64,000 nt of DNA from assembly GCA_012960535.1 (NCBI GenBank), contig DUBB01000027.1, positions 111,487-175,486 on the forward strand, in the 5' to 3' direction. The position numbers were made by a program, and so were the translations under genes. How positions within the stretch are numbered: the stretch's first letter is position 1; each line of letters begins with the position of its first letter. The notes beneath the pieces were generated by a model, which was not told the DNA's origin, made no database searches, and saw only the letters and a list, made by a program, of their open reading frames with translations. Positions 50,165 to 60,607 of this stretch are shown here, piece after piece. Source of the stretch: Gammaproteobacteria bacterium (lineage in GTDB: Bacteria > Pseudomonadota > Gammaproteobacteria > Pseudomonadales > Azotimanducaceae).

Positions 50165-51799
50165 ATGGCTAAAGAGACCTCGGAACAGCCACTGCCTGTT
50201 AGCGGAGAAAATGGCAAGGTTGGACCTGAAAGCGGAGGCATCTATTCGCACTGGGTGTTGTTTGTACTGGTCCTGGTTTATATCTTCAATTTTATTGATC
50301 GTAACATCCTGTCGATTCTGGCAGAAGACATTAAGGCAGATCTTGGCGTCAGTGACGCCGAAATGGGATTTCTCTATGGCACTGCCTTTGCCGTCTTTTA
50401 TGCTGTGTTCGGTATTCCTCTGGCACGCTTCGCAGATGTCTGGGTCAGGCGGTCACTGGTGTCAGCAGGATTGTTATTCTGGTCTGTCATGACGGCTTTA
50501 TCAGGACTGGCCCGTTCTTTTCCGGTCCTGGCCATGTTTCGTATCGGTGTTGGCATTGGTGAGGCCAGTGCATCTCCTTCAGCCTATTCCATGCTATCGG
50601 ATTATTACCCCCCCAGACTCCGTGCAACCGTGATTGGTATTTACTCTTCCGGTGTTTACATCGGCGGTGGTGTGGGTTTGATTCTGGGAGGACTGATCCT
50701 GGATAACTGGGCCAGTGCCTTTCCGGCGCCTGGTGATGCACCTTTTGGCTTGAAAGGCTGGCATGTTGCTTTTATGGCTGTGGGATTACCGGGTATTTTG
50801 TTAGCCGGGCTGGTGCGCACGCTGCGTGAACCCATGCGTGGTGCCAGTGAAGGCCTGATCACGGCGCGCCATCCTGCACCATTCAAGGTGCTCAGAACGG
50901 AACTGGCAGCGGTTATTCCTCCCTTTACAATCTGGAGCGTATACCGGCACGGCGCTTCCCTAGGGATAAACCTGCTGGCTGCGATTGCCCTGGGGTTAGT
51001 GGCTTGGTGGCTCTCTTATGTGACCGGCAATATTCTGCAATGGGTTGCGCTGGCGATTGCTATTTATGTCACTCTGAGTTGGATGCAGGGTCTGTCCCGG
51101 CGAGATTCGGCTTCCTTTGGCATGCTGTTTCATTCCAAAGCGCTGGTATTTACTACCCTTGCATTTCCCACCATGGCATTTGTCGCCTATGGAACCAGTT
51201 TCTGGACAGCCCCCTTCCTGATGCGGGTCCATGAAGCCAGCGCCTCAGATATTGGCTGGTATGTAGGCATTGGTAATGCCATGGGAGGATTGATCGGCGT
51301 TGTGTTGGGGGGCGTGCTGGGTGATCGTTTGAAGCTTAAAATGGTGAATGGCCGGTTGCTGGTGGGCTTTATTACCATTGTAACCACAGCACCACTCATT
51401 CTGTGGATGCTGTATACAGAGGACATCAGCACAGCCTACTGGTTGAATTTTGCTTACCACATTCCTGCGTCCATGTGGGTCTCCATCGCGCCTGCGACCG
51501 TTAATGACCTGGTTATGCCGAGAATGCGAGCTACCGCGGGGGCCTGGTTCCTGCTTATGAATACCATAATCGGCCTGGCATTGGGGCCTTATTTGATGGG
51601 CCGGTTATCGGACTATTTTGTTTCCCAAGGCGCAGACTCTGGAAGCGCGCTAACCGATGCTATTGCGTCAGCTCAAGTCATGTTCATTTTAACCGCAATT
51701 TTGCTGCTGCTGGCGATGCGTTATCTTCCCTCTGATGAAGCATCCAGACTTGATCGAGCAAAGGCCCTGGGAGAAACCATTGAAAAGTCATCAGTGTAA
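50165..51799 (+). CDS. MFS transporter (spinster-like subfamily)
   Basis: 544 aa with about 12-14 TM helices. FNFIDRNILSILAEDIKADLG and the MFS motif GIPLARFADVWVRR are present. Confidence 0.75.
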   Translation: MAKETSEQPLPVSGENGKVGPESGGIYSHWVLFVLVLVYIFNFIDRNILSILAEDIKADLGVSDAEMGFLYGTAFAVFYAVFGIPLARFADVWVRRSLVSAGLLFWSVMTALSGLARSFPVLAMFRIGVGIGEASASPSAYSMLSDYYPPRLRATVIGIYSSGVYIGGGVGLILGGLILDNWASAFPAPGDAPFGLKGWHVAFMAVGLPGILLAGLVRTLREPMRGASEGLITARHPAPFKVLRTELAAVIPPFTIWSVYRHGASLGINLLAAIALGLVAWWLSYVTGNILQWVALAIAIYVTLSWMQGLSRRDSASFGMLFHSKALVFTTLAFPTMAFVAYGTSFWTAPFLMRVHEASASDIGWYVGIGNAMGGLIGVVLGGVLGDRLKLKMVNGRLLVGFITIVTTAPLILWMLYTEDISTAYWLNFAYHIPASMWVSIAPATVNDLVMPRMRATAGAWFLLMNTIIGLALGPYLMGRLSDYFVSQGADSGSALTDAIASAQVMFILTAILLLLAMRYLPSDEASRLDRAKALGETIEKSSV

Positions 51800-51934
51800 C
51801 GCTACGTTGAACAAAGGCCAGGCCTGATGCCAGTTTTCTGTAGTTTTCGAATGGGTCGCTGTTATAACCTTTACTAGTAAGCTGATTTGTGCCGTTGATT
51901 AAAGCCCCATTCGCTAATATCCCTCTGTCGGATC

Positions 51935-52903
51935 CTAGGCCATTTTCTTTAACCAGGCTTCCAGCTTAATCTGGTCGGCGACAAAACTTCGAATTCCCTC
52001 AGCAAGTTTTTCGGTAGTCATGGGATCGTCATTTAACTCAAATCGAAACTGGGCTTCAGCGGGCATACTGTAGTCGATTTCAGAGCCGGTCTCACTGGGA
52101 TCAAGTTTACGTTCCAACTGGTCGTAATCAGTGTCCAACTCCTGCAATAACGCGGGGCTGATGGTGAGTCGGTCACAGCCTGCCAGTTCCGCTATCTCTG
52201 ATGTATTTCTGAAGCTGGCACCCATCACCACGGTTTGGTAGTTGTTCTGTTTGTAGTAATTATAAATCCGCCTGACTGACTGGACACCAGGGTCGTCTTC
52301 TGGTGCATAGTCCTGCAATCCGCCAGATGCCTTATGCCAATCGAGAATCCGGCCGACGAAGGGGGAGATGAGAAAGGCACCCGCATCGGCGGCAGCGGCA
52401 GCCTGGCTGAAGTTAAACAGCAGGGTCAGATTGCAGTTTATGTGCTGTTTTTCCAGTTGCTCGGCGGCGCGAATGCCCTCCCAGGTGGAAGCCATTTTAA
52501 TGAGTACACGTTGTCTGGATATACCCGCTGCTTCGTACAGTTCAATCAAACGCCTTGCTTTGGCTATGGAAGCCTGAGTATCAAAGGATAATCGAGCGTC
52601 AACTTCAGTTGAGACTCGGCCGGGGATGACCTGGAGGATTTCCTTGCCGAAAGCCACGGCCAGAAGGTCCATTGCCGTTGACAGTTGCTCCTGGCCGGTG
52701 TGACCGCCTTGCCTTACTTTTGCCATAACAGCGTCCACAATCAGTCGGTAACCGGGCATCTGCGCTGCTTTTAAGAGCAGCGATGGATTGGTGGTAGCGT
52801 CCTCGGGAGCATATTGACTGATGGCCTCAAAGTCACCGGTGTCAGCGACTACGGTAGTCATCTCTTTGAGTTGGCTTAGTTTACTTTTTTGGTCAGATAT
52901 CAT
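51935..52903 (-). CDS. tal: transaldolase B
   Basis: From ATG 52903, [40 protein letters not shown]...[34 protein letters not shown] is near-collinear with E. coli TalB. The track ORF start at 53083 adds 60 implausible residues. Confidence 0.92.
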   Translation of the reverse strand: MISDQKSKLSQLKEMTTVVADTGDFEAISQYAPEDATTNPSLLLKAAQMPGYRLIVDAVMAKVRQGGHTGQEQLSTAMDLLAVAFGKEILQVIPGRVSTEVDARLSFDTQASIAKARRLIELYEAAGISRQRVLIKMASTWEGIRAAEQLEKQHINCNLTLLFNFSQAAAAADAGAFLISPFVGRILDWHKASGGLQDYAPEDDPGVQSVRRIYNYYKQNNYQTVVMGASFRNTSEIAELAGCDRLTISPALLQELDTDYDQLERKLDPSETGSEIDYSMPAEAQFRFELNDDPMTTEKLAEGIRSFVADQIKLEAWLKKMA

Positions 52904-53199
52904 CTCAGCTGGCTCGATTGCGATTGTTGATGGAAAAATTGAAATTATGCAGTAACAGGCCATTATAGTCGTTTTTTGTGGCGACGAAATCTTCTTTTTC
53001 ATTAAGCAGTATTGCCTTTCAGGCTGAGCCCCGGTCAGGCCTGCCTGGTAATTCAGTTGTAGAATACGGTGCTGGCAAATCACAGCCTCTCAGGTAGGGT
53101 AGCAGCAGGCTGAGAGCCTTTTTCGTTGGCCTATGGATTTAAGCTGTGAAGTCCACCGCAAGCCAATGCAGTGGTCATAAATTGAATACCAGTATCGAT

Positions 53200-53259
53200 C
53201 CAGATTTGGGTTCAGGTTTGTGTCCAGGTTTGTGTCCAGGTTTGTGTTTAGGTTTAGCC
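53200..53259. repeat. 12-bp tandem repeat, five units (CCAGGTTTGTGT core)
   Basis: Units in order: CCAGATTTGGGT, TCAGGTTTGTGT, CCAGGTTTGTGT, CCAGGTTTGTGT, TTAGGTTTAGCC. Read directly from the sequence in the tal / TIM-barrel gene divergent intergenic region. Confidence 0.85.
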
Positions 53260-53326
53260 AGAGAAGCTGAAAATTAAGCGTTTATTAGGGTAGGATTCAA
53301 CTACTGATTCCGCTGACGGGGGTGAC

Positions 53327-54274
53327 ATGTTACGAAGAGACTTTCTTTACCTGAGTTCGGCTATGGCGCTTGGCTCAGGTTTGCTGGGTGGTTGTAGTCA
53401 AAGCATGAAGCCAGGAGAAGATAGCCCTGGAAAGGATAAAAAAGAGGTGCATAGACTGGTAGATATAGGTCTGCAGCTTTCAACAGTGACTTCACTGATG
53501 CTGGCGGATTTCGAGGGTACCCTGGCTAGAGTTGCAGAAATTGGCTACAACCAGGTTGAATTTTCTGCCATGGGTTTTTTAGGTCGGAAGTCGGATTACG
53601 TCCGGCAGTTGCTGACCAGACATAATCTTGTCGCTCCTGTTGGTAGAATTACGCCGGTTTTGCCGACAGACTTCTTTGAGTTATCACGTTCAGAAGCTGT
53701 GCAGGTTTTTCGAGAGCGGGGCCGGCCTGAATTACTGTTGGAAAATGTCCGCCATTCAATTGCTGATGCGCAGGACTTGGGTCAGAAGTACCTTAACCTG
53801 CCGGCTTTAATGCCGGAGCACTTTCAGACCATGGCTCAGATTAAGCGCACCATTGATCTGCTGAACGAAGCAGGTGAGTTGTGCATGGAGCACGGCATTC
53901 TGTTCGGCTACCACAACCATAATTGGGAGTTCTCACCCGTTGACGGTGTTGTGCCTTATGATCTGATGCTAGAACAAACCGCCCCGGACAAAGTGAGTTT
54001 CCAGTTGGATGCCTACTGGGTTGTCAAAGGTGGTGGAGGGCTGGAAGACTACCTGACGCGGTATCCAGGCCGGTTCTCAAGTTGTCACCTGAAAGATATT
54101 GACCAGAATGGTGATTTTGCCGATGTGGGCCATGGAGAAATCGATTTCCCTGCATTTGCCAGAAAAGCGCTGGCGCAGGGAACCCGGTATTTTTTTGTTG
54201 AGCGTGATAATCCGCCGGCCCCTGCATTGTCGATCGAGCGGTCCTTTGCTTATCTGAAGCAAATGAGATTCTGA
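53327..54274 (+). CDS. sugar phosphate isomerase/epimerase (xylose isomerase-like TIM barrel), exported lipoprotein-like
   Basis: Tat-like/lipobox N-terminus (MLRRDFLYLSSAMALGSGLLGGC). TIM-barrel patterns GYNQVEF, YHNHNWEF and FFVERD. Confidence 0.75.
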   Translation: MLRRDFLYLSSAMALGSGLLGGCSQSMKPGEDSPGKDKKEVHRLVDIGLQLSTVTSLMLADFEGTLARVAEIGYNQVEFSAMGFLGRKSDYVRQLLTRHNLVAPVGRITPVLPTDFFELSRSEAVQVFRERGRPELLLENVRHSIADAQDLGQKYLNLPALMPEHFQTMAQIKRTIDLLNEAGELCMEHGILFGYHNHNWEFSPVDGVVPYDLMLEQTAPDKVSFQLDAYWVVKGGGGLEDYLTRYPGRFSSCHLKDIDQNGDFADVGHGEIDFPAFARKALAQGTRYFFVERDNPPAPALSIERSFAYLKQMRF

Positions 54275-57021
54275 TGTTGCACCTTAACCTTATAGCCATG
54301 TTAGTAGTGGCATCCCAGGTTGCCTGGGCGGAACAGAAACCGGCTTACCTTTCGCTGGAAACACCGCCGGCGCCAGAATTGAGCCCATCTGAAGCGCTGC
54401 ATGGTTTCTCGGTTGCCCCCGGCTTTAAGGTTGAACTGGTTGCAGCAGAGCCTCTGGTTGAAGACCCTGTTGCCATAGCCTGGGACGAAACAGGTGATCT
54501 ATATGTTGTAGAAATGCGCGGTTTTATGCCTGATGCTTACGGGCATAATGATACAGAGCCCGTGGGCGCCGTGGTCAGGCTGCGCGATGAAAATGGGGAT
54601 GGCCGTTTCGATCAACGCCAGGTCATGCTTGATCAACTGGTTTTGCCAAGAGCGATCGCCATTGTCAACGAAGGCCTGCTTATTGGTGAGCCGCCGAACC
54701 TGTGGCTTTGTCCCAGCCTGACCGGGAGATCGATCGATATTGATTGTCAGGCAAAGAAAAGGCTGGCCAGCTATGGCGATCTGCCTGGCAATGTTGAGCA
54801 TGTGGAAAATGGTTTGCTGATGGCTGTTGATAACTGGCTCTACAATGCAAAATCTGATCGACGAATGCGAATTATTGACGATGAACTGGTAGTAGAAGCA
54901 ACGTTGTTTCGAGGTCAGTGGGGGATCACCCAGGATAATCAGGGCCAGTTGTTTTACAACACCAATTCGAATTTCCTGCTGGGTGATTTTTATGATGCCC
55001 AGCCGGTTATTGCCGCGGGGAACGCTGGTGGGCCTGGTTTGAATATTCCGATCAGCAGGAACGATCAGGTGTATGCAGTAAGAGTCAACCCTGGGGTTAA
55101 TCGTGCTTATGTTCCTGGTGTCTTGAGGGATGATGGCCGGCTTGCCAGGCCGACTTCTGCAAGTGGCATGGCCTACTACCGAGGTGACCAGTTTCCCGAA
55201 GAGTACAGGCAGGATGTTTTTGTCGCTGAACCGGCCGGGAATGTAGTGGTTCAGCTGCGCTTGAGCAGGCAAGACCTGATAATTGGTAGTCAGCATATTC
55301 TTTATGATGACAAAGAATGGCAGCAGCGGGACTTTCTTGCATCGACTGACGAAAGATTCCGCCCGGTTGATGTTGATGTAGGGCCTGATGGGGCGTTGTA
55401 TGTGGTGGATATGTATCGCGGTATTATTCAGGATCATATCTTTCTATCAGATGAGCTTCGCGCGCAGGCTCTGTCGAGAGGCCTGGATAAGCCACTTGGT
55501 ATGGGGCGAATATGGCGGATCACAAGCGATAAGGCATCTTCAGGATCAAGCCATCCGGACTTTCCTGCGGATGGGCTTAAACTGGTGGCCAGGCTACAGG
55601 ACAACAACGGCTGGAATCGCGATACTGCACAGAGGTTGTTGCTTGGACAAAGCGGCAAAGGCATCGACCGGGCGTTGCGGCGCCTGGTTAAAGGAAACCA
55701 CGAATTTGGTGCAGTTCATGCTGTCTGGACACTGAACGGACGTGGTAGCCTTGATCACAGAACCGTAGCAGAAGCACTTTCCAGTCGATATCCTTCGGTC
55801 AGGCTTGCCGCCTTGAGAGCCGGTCATGAACTGCTTTCTGTGGATGTACTTCTCGCCCTTGCCGGGCAGACTAAAAGCGCCGCGATGGCGCAGCATGCGA
55901 CTTTATACCTGGCAGGGAAAAACAAAAATGAGGAAGTTATCACTTATCTGGCTGACAGGGTGCTGAGCCGCGATCTAGATGATATCAGGCGTATGGCAAT
56001 CCAGTCTGCCAGTCGTGGTAACGAGCTGACTTTAATCAAGGCGGTGGGGGATATGGGCTGGAGTGAACTTGATGAGCAGTCCACGGGATTTTTTGGCGGC
56101 CTGGTCCGCCAACTGTTCCGGGCGGATCCCGCGGCTGCGAATCGACTCCTGGAATACGTAATGCAACTGGATCAACGATGGCAGCAGGTAGTGGTGTTGA
56201 CCGGTATTTTTGAAGTAACCAGAGAAGATACGTTTTCCCGGGTTGTTCTTGGCCAGCCACATCCGTTGTTTATTGATCCGCCCGATGAGCTTTGGCCAGT
56301 CATTGCCAGAGCAAGAACAGCCTTTACCTGGGCAGGGGATGACCTGGCTGCAGGTGCAAAACCTTTGTCAGCTGATCAGCAGGCCCGAAAGGACAAGGGT
56401 GAGTTGTACTACAAAAAGCGCTGTGCGATTTGCCATGCAAATGATGGCGGCGGTATTACCTCGCTTGGACCGCCTCTTGCAGCATCGCAATGGGTAACAG
56501 GACCAAGCGAGAGACTTGCCAGAATTGTCCTGCAGGGATTGCAGGGACCCATCTCCGTTAAGGGGACGGTCTGGGATGGTATGATGCCGGGGCATCAGAG
56601 CATAGCTGAATTTGACCCAGAAACTGCCAGTGGCCTTCTCACCTTTCTGCATCGAGCCTGGGGTCATTCGGGTCGTCTTATAGAGCCAGCTTTCATTTAT
56701 CAGGTTCAACGGGAAAGCCGCGATCACGAAGGCTTATGGACTGCTGAAGAGCTCGCGGAAATTGATATCAACAGCCATTATCAGCGGTACACCGGGACAT
56801 ACGGTGGTGGCTCTTTCAGGTTGAAATTTACCTTTGATGGTCGCGACCTGATGGTGCAATCTGTGTACTTTAATGGGCCGATGCGTGAGGATAAAGAGGA
56901 CCACTTTTCCTTTCAAGCGCGAGATTTCAGGATTGAATTTATCTGGGCTGACAGTGGTGTGGTAAAAGCTGTCCGCATGAGTAATCAGGGCGGGTTAGAA
57001 TTGCCGCGCCTGGCAGACTGA
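54274..57021 (+). CDS. PVC-type heme-binding protein: membrane-bound-dehydrogenase-like beta-propeller + HEAT-like repeats + cytochrome c (CAICH)
   Basis: 915 aa. N-terminal pattern GFKVELVAAEPLVEDPVAIAWDETGDLYVVEMRGF. A central helical repeat region. A C-terminal CAICH with GPPL and a distal MPGH. Confidence 0.65.
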   Translation: MLHLNLIAMLVVASQVAWAEQKPAYLSLETPPAPELSPSEALHGFSVAPGFKVELVAAEPLVEDPVAIAWDETGDLYVVEMRGFMPDAYGHNDTEPVGAVVRLRDENGDGRFDQRQVMLDQLVLPRAIAIVNEGLLIGEPPNLWLCPSLTGRSIDIDCQAKKRLASYGDLPGNVEHVENGLLMAVDNWLYNAKSDRRMRIIDDELVVEATLFRGQWGITQDNQGQLFYNTNSNFLLGDFYDAQPVIAAGNAGGPGLNIPISRNDQVYAVRVNPGVNRAYVPGVLRDDGRLARPTSASGMAYYRGDQFPEEYRQDVFVAEPAGNVVVQLRLSRQDLIIGSQHILYDDKEWQQRDFLASTDERFRPVDVDVGPDGALYVVDMYRGIIQDHIFLSDELRAQALSRGLDKPLGMGRIWRITSDKASSGSSHPDFPADGLKLVARLQDNNGWNRDTAQRLLLGQSGKGIDRALRRLVKGNHEFGAVHAVWTLNGRGSLDHRTVAEALSSRYPSVRLAALRAGHELLSVDVLLALAGQTKSAAMAQHATLYLAGKNKNEEVITYLADRVLSRDLDDIRRMAIQSASRGNELTLIKAVGDMGWSELDEQSTGFFGGLVRQLFRADPAAANRLLEYVMQLDQRWQQVVVLTGIFEVTREDTFSRVVLGQPHPLFIDPPDELWPVIARARTAFTWAGDDLAAGAKPLSADQQARKDKGELYYKKRCAICHANDGGGITSLGPPLAASQWVTGPSERLARIVLQGLQGPISVKGTVWDGMMPGHQSIAEFDPETASGLLTFLHRAWGHSGRLIEPAFIYQVQRESRDHEGLWTAEELAEIDINSHYQRYTGTYGGGSFRLKFTFDGRDLMVQSVYFNGPMREDKEDHFSFQARDFRIEFIWADSGVVKAVRMSNQGGLELPRLAD

Positions 57022-57187
57022 GATGGCGCATCGCTTTGTGATCGCTAAGTCAGGTAGCCGGGCTAGTGCCTATAATGGCTTGCTCTGGTTGGTCTGCCAA
57101 AGGGTACTGATGCAACCGCTGAGCAAATGCTCACCCATCGAAGCGGTTCTTAGAATACCTTGCCATCAATCTTGAGGAGATGTCGTT

Positions 57188-58498
57188 ATGACCTCGGTAT
57201 TGCAGCATTTTAAAGAGGGCGGTCCTGGATGGCTTCAGGGTGCCATGACCCTGGGGGGTGGCTCGGCTATTACCTCCCTGACCATTGGTTCGATGTTCGG
57301 ATATGAATTTCTCTGGGTGCAGCCAGTGGCTATCCTGATTGGCTGCATCATGCTGTTTGCGCTTGCACATCAGACACTTTCTACGGGCCAAAGACCTTTT
57401 TTGGCAATGAAGCAGCATCTTTCCCCGAGTCTTGCCTGGCTTTGGGCTATTGCAGCACTGGGATCCAGTGTCATATGGGGGTTTTCTCACTACCCGTTAA
57501 GCGCTGGCATGTTGGAGGAAGCCATAGAAGTCGCCTTCGGCTATAGCCTGAAAGGGGATGAAAATGCGTTTGGCAGGCATCTTTACCTGTTTGCCCTGGC
57601 TGTTCTGGTTTGGACCGGCTGTGCTGTTACCGTCTGGAATTATGGCAAGGGCGGTCGAGCGGTGCGATTGTTTGAGCATGGTATTAAACTGCTGACCGTG
57701 CTGATCATCGTGAGTTTTGCCTGGCTGGTTATCCGAGCAGGTTCGAACGGAGAGATTAACTTCTCAGCTGTTATCCAGGGATTTGTGCCACATTCACTGC
57801 CGGATAACGCGCTCGGCGTGACGACTATGATGGCAGCCCTTGGCACGGCCGTGGGTATCAACATGACCTTTGTGTACGGGTACACGCTGCTGCGGCGCGG
57901 CTGGGGTCGTGAACAACGGCAACTGGCACGATATGACATTATCCTGGGGCTGGTTATCCCCTACCTTTTGGTCACAAGTCTTATCTCCATTGCCGCGGCA
58001 GCTTGCCTTTATGATGGTGAATCTACGATTCATACCAGGCTCGCGCCGGCGCAGGCGGGTGCCATGTTTGCAGCAGCGGGTATGGGTGATCTGGTAGGGC
58101 GCCTTGTATTTCCGCTGGGTGTGCTGGGCATGGCGATCGGTTCACTGGTCATGCATATGCTGACCTGTGGTGCTGCGGCGGTGGAGATGTTCGATTTTGA
58201 GGAGGATTCCCATCAGTATCGGCTGGCCTGTCTGGTTCCGACACCAGCGATCCTGGGCGTTTTTCTTTGGCCGAGTATGGGGCCCTACGTTATTTTGCCT
58301 ACTTCAGCTTTTTGTGGATTACTTTTGCCCATCGCTTACATTGGCTGGTTGATTCTTAATAACCGACGTGATTACCTTGCTGATGACACGCCCAGCGGTG
58401 CAACCGCAGTGGCGTGCAACATGGCGATGATACTGTGTGTCTTGCTGGTGCTTGCCAGTGTGCTGTACAGCACCGCTATCGGCCTGGATTGGCTATGA
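57188..58498 (+). CDS. NRAMP-like divalent metal transporter, divergent
   Basis: 436 aa with about 11 TM helices. The N-terminus GGPGWLQGAMTLGGGS sits in the position of the NRAMP GPGFL..DPGN motif. The assignment is tentative. Confidence 0.5.
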   Translation: MTSVLQHFKEGGPGWLQGAMTLGGGSAITSLTIGSMFGYEFLWVQPVAILIGCIMLFALAHQTLSTGQRPFLAMKQHLSPSLAWLWAIAALGSSVIWGFSHYPLSAGMLEEAIEVAFGYSLKGDENAFGRHLYLFALAVLVWTGCAVTVWNYGKGGRAVRLFEHGIKLLTVLIIVSFAWLVIRAGSNGEINFSAVIQGFVPHSLPDNALGVTTMMAALGTAVGINMTFVYGYTLLRRGWGREQRQLARYDIILGLVIPYLLVTSLISIAAAACLYDGESTIHTRLAPAQAGAMFAAAGMGDLVGRLVFPLGVLGMAIGSLVMHMLTCGAAAVEMFDFEEDSHQYRLACLVPTPAILGVFLWPSMGPYVILPTSAFCGLLLPIAYIGWLILNNRRDYLADDTPSGATAVACNMAMILCVLLVLASVLYSTAIGLDWL

Positions 58499-58807
58499 GC
58501 CTGATTGTTGCTGCCCGATCCCACAAAATAAATTTAACGATTTAAACTATAACTTGCAGCGTTCCACAACATCAGAATTGCGTCTCAGGTCAGCCATTCC
58601 ATAAATCTGCCATGGAGGAGAGGCCAGGCTGGGGCAGCAGATAGCCTGCGGTGAAAAAAGATGGTTCACCCCCCTTCCCGATACCTGGATGGCACATTGA
58701 TGAAACCCAGACAGTGTTATTCCCCTGGATAAGTAGCCTGTCTTAGTTTTTCTAATTGGGTATACTCTGGGCATAATCGGATAAGTTGAAGCAGGAGGGG
58801 CATTCTT

Positions 58808-60607
58808 ATGAGTGAAATAACAGATGATCTGGTTTTTGACGCTAACGCCCTGCGCGAACGTTATCGGCTGGAACGTGATAAACGCCTGCGTGATGATGGC
58901 AATGAGCAGTATGTAGAGATAGCCGATGAATTCGCACACTACCTCGAAGATCCCTATATTGATGAGAAAACGGATCGTGACCCGGTCACCGATGAAGTTG
59001 AAGTGGTCTTGGTGGGGGGTGGATTTGGCGGTTTGCAGGCGGCTGCAAGGTTGCGGGCAGCGGGTATAAAAGACTTATGTATTATCGAAAAAGGCGGTGA
59101 TTTTGGTGGTACCTGGTATTGGAATCGCTATCCGGGCGCTCAATGTGATATCGAAGCCTACTGTTATCTGCCCCTGCTCGAGGAACTGAGTTACGTCCCT
59201 AAAGAGAAGTACGCTTATGCACGTGAGATTCTTGATCACAGCGAGGCAATTGGAAAACATTTCGATCTGTATGACAGTGCGCTATTTCAGACCGAGGTAA
59301 CGGAACTGCGCTGGAATGAATCGATAGATCGCTGGATCGTCAAGACCAATCGTGGTGATGCGATCAAGGCACGCTTTGTTTCCATGGCGAACGGTCCACT
59401 TCATCGGCCCAAATTACCCGGTATCCCCGGGGTTCGAGATTTCAAGGGGCACAGCTTCCATACCAGTCGCTGGGACTACGATTACACTGGCGGTGGTCCA
59501 GCTGGCAATCTGGATAAGCTGTCTGACAAACGCGTTGCTATTATCGGTACTGGTGCGACAGCGATTCAGTGTGTTCCGTTTCTGGGTACTGCGGCAAAGG
59601 AACTTTATGTGTTCCAGCGAACGCCATCGACGGTTGACGTTCGTGGTAATTCCGCCACTGACCCTGAGTGGGCAAAGACCTTGCAGTCGGGATGGCAGAA
59701 AAACCGCATGGAGAATTTCAACTCCATGATTTCCGGCGTTCCACAGGAACAAGATCTGGTAAATGATGGTTGGACGGATCTCATTGGCAAGATGATTCAT
59801 CAGTTCAATAAGGCCAAGGCCAATTCCAATATGAGCCTCGAACAGATGATCGAGATGGCGAATTTCGAAAAAATGGAAGAGATTCGTGCTCGGGTTGATG
59901 AATTTGTTGAAGATGAAACTGTCGCCGAAAAACTCAAACCCTACTATAAAATGTTTTGTAAACGGCCTACCTTTAACGACGAATATCTACCCACCTTTAA
60001 TAGATCCAATGTGACACTGGTTGATACTGACGGTCAGGGAGTTGAACGCATTACAGAAAAAGGACTGGTTGTTGATGGCGTCGAGTATGAAGTGGACTGC
60101 ATTATCTACAGCACCGGTTTTGAGGTGGGTACCAGTTACACTCGCCGCTCTGGTTACGACGTGATTGGTCGAGACGATAAGAAGCTCAGCGATCACTGGC
60201 GAGACGGTACGCGTACCTTACACGGCATGGGTTGTCATGGATTCCCTAACGTATTTATCATGAATACCTCCCAAGGTGGCTTTACGGCTAATTTCCCTCA
60301 TCTACTGGATGAGTCAGCGGTACATCAGGCACACATCATTGCTTATGCGATGAATGAGGGTTACAGCACTGTTGAAGTGACCGAAAAAGCCGAGGAAGAA
60401 TGGGTCAAGACCATTCTAGGTTTTTCTGGAGGTCCGTTGGGCGGTTTAGGCGGTGCCGATTGTACGCCGGGTTATTACAACAATGAAGGCCAGCCTAATC
60501 CTAATGCAATGCAATCAGCACCCTATGGTGGTGGTTCGATTCGCTTTTTTGAACTGCTCAAGGCCTGGCGCGAAGACGGGAGTTTTGAAGGGCTGAAGTT
60601 TGGCTAG
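58808..60607 (+). CDS. Baeyer-Villiger (flavin-containing) monooxygenase
   Basis: GGGFGG FAD fold, GGTWYWNRYPGAQCD, the BVMO fingerprint FKGHSFHTSRWD, and a second GTGATA Rossmann motif. Confidence 0.88.
   Translation: MSEITDDLVFDANALRERYRLERDKRLRDDGNEQYVEIADEFAHYLEDPYIDEKTDRDPVTDEVEVVLVGGGFGGLQAAARLRAAGIKDLCIIEKGGDFGGTWYWNRYPGAQCDIEAYCYLPLLEELSYVPKEKYAYAREILDHSEAIGKHFDLYDSALFQTEVTELRWNESIDRWIVKTNRGDAIKARFVSMANGPLHRPKLPGIPGVRDFKGHSFHTSRWDYDYTGGGPAGNLDKLSDKRVAIIGTGATAIQCVPFLGTAAKELYVFQRTPSTVDVRGNSATDPEWAKTLQSGWQKNRMENFNSMISGVPQEQDLVNDGWTDLIGKMIHQFNKAKANSNMSLEQMIEMANFEKMEEIRARVDEFVEDETVAEKLKPYYKMFCKRPTFNDEYLPTFNRSNVTLVDTDGQGVERITEKGLVVDGVEYEVDCIIYSTGFEVGTSYTRRSGYDVIGRDDKKLSDHWRDGTRTLHGMGCHGFPNVFIMNTSQGGFTANFPHLLDESAVHQAHIIAYAMNEGYSTVEVTEKAEEEWVKTILGFSGGPLGGLGGADCTPGYYNNEGQPNPNAMQSAPYGGGSIRFFELLKAWREDGSFEGLKFG

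Noticed and set aside
54499-55437. 312-aa minus-strand ORF inside the PVC-type heme-binding gene
   Set aside because: It lies entirely antisense to a well-supported 915-aa gene. The product is low-complexity (rich in I, N, R, P and H) with no recognisable motif, which is typical of a shadow ORF.
57022-57187. Possible Mn-sensing (yybP-ykoY-type) riboswitch upstream of the NRAMP-like transporter
   Set aside because: I could not find the conserved riboswitch sequence blocks or a convincing four-way junction by eye. A covariance-model scan would be needed to decide.
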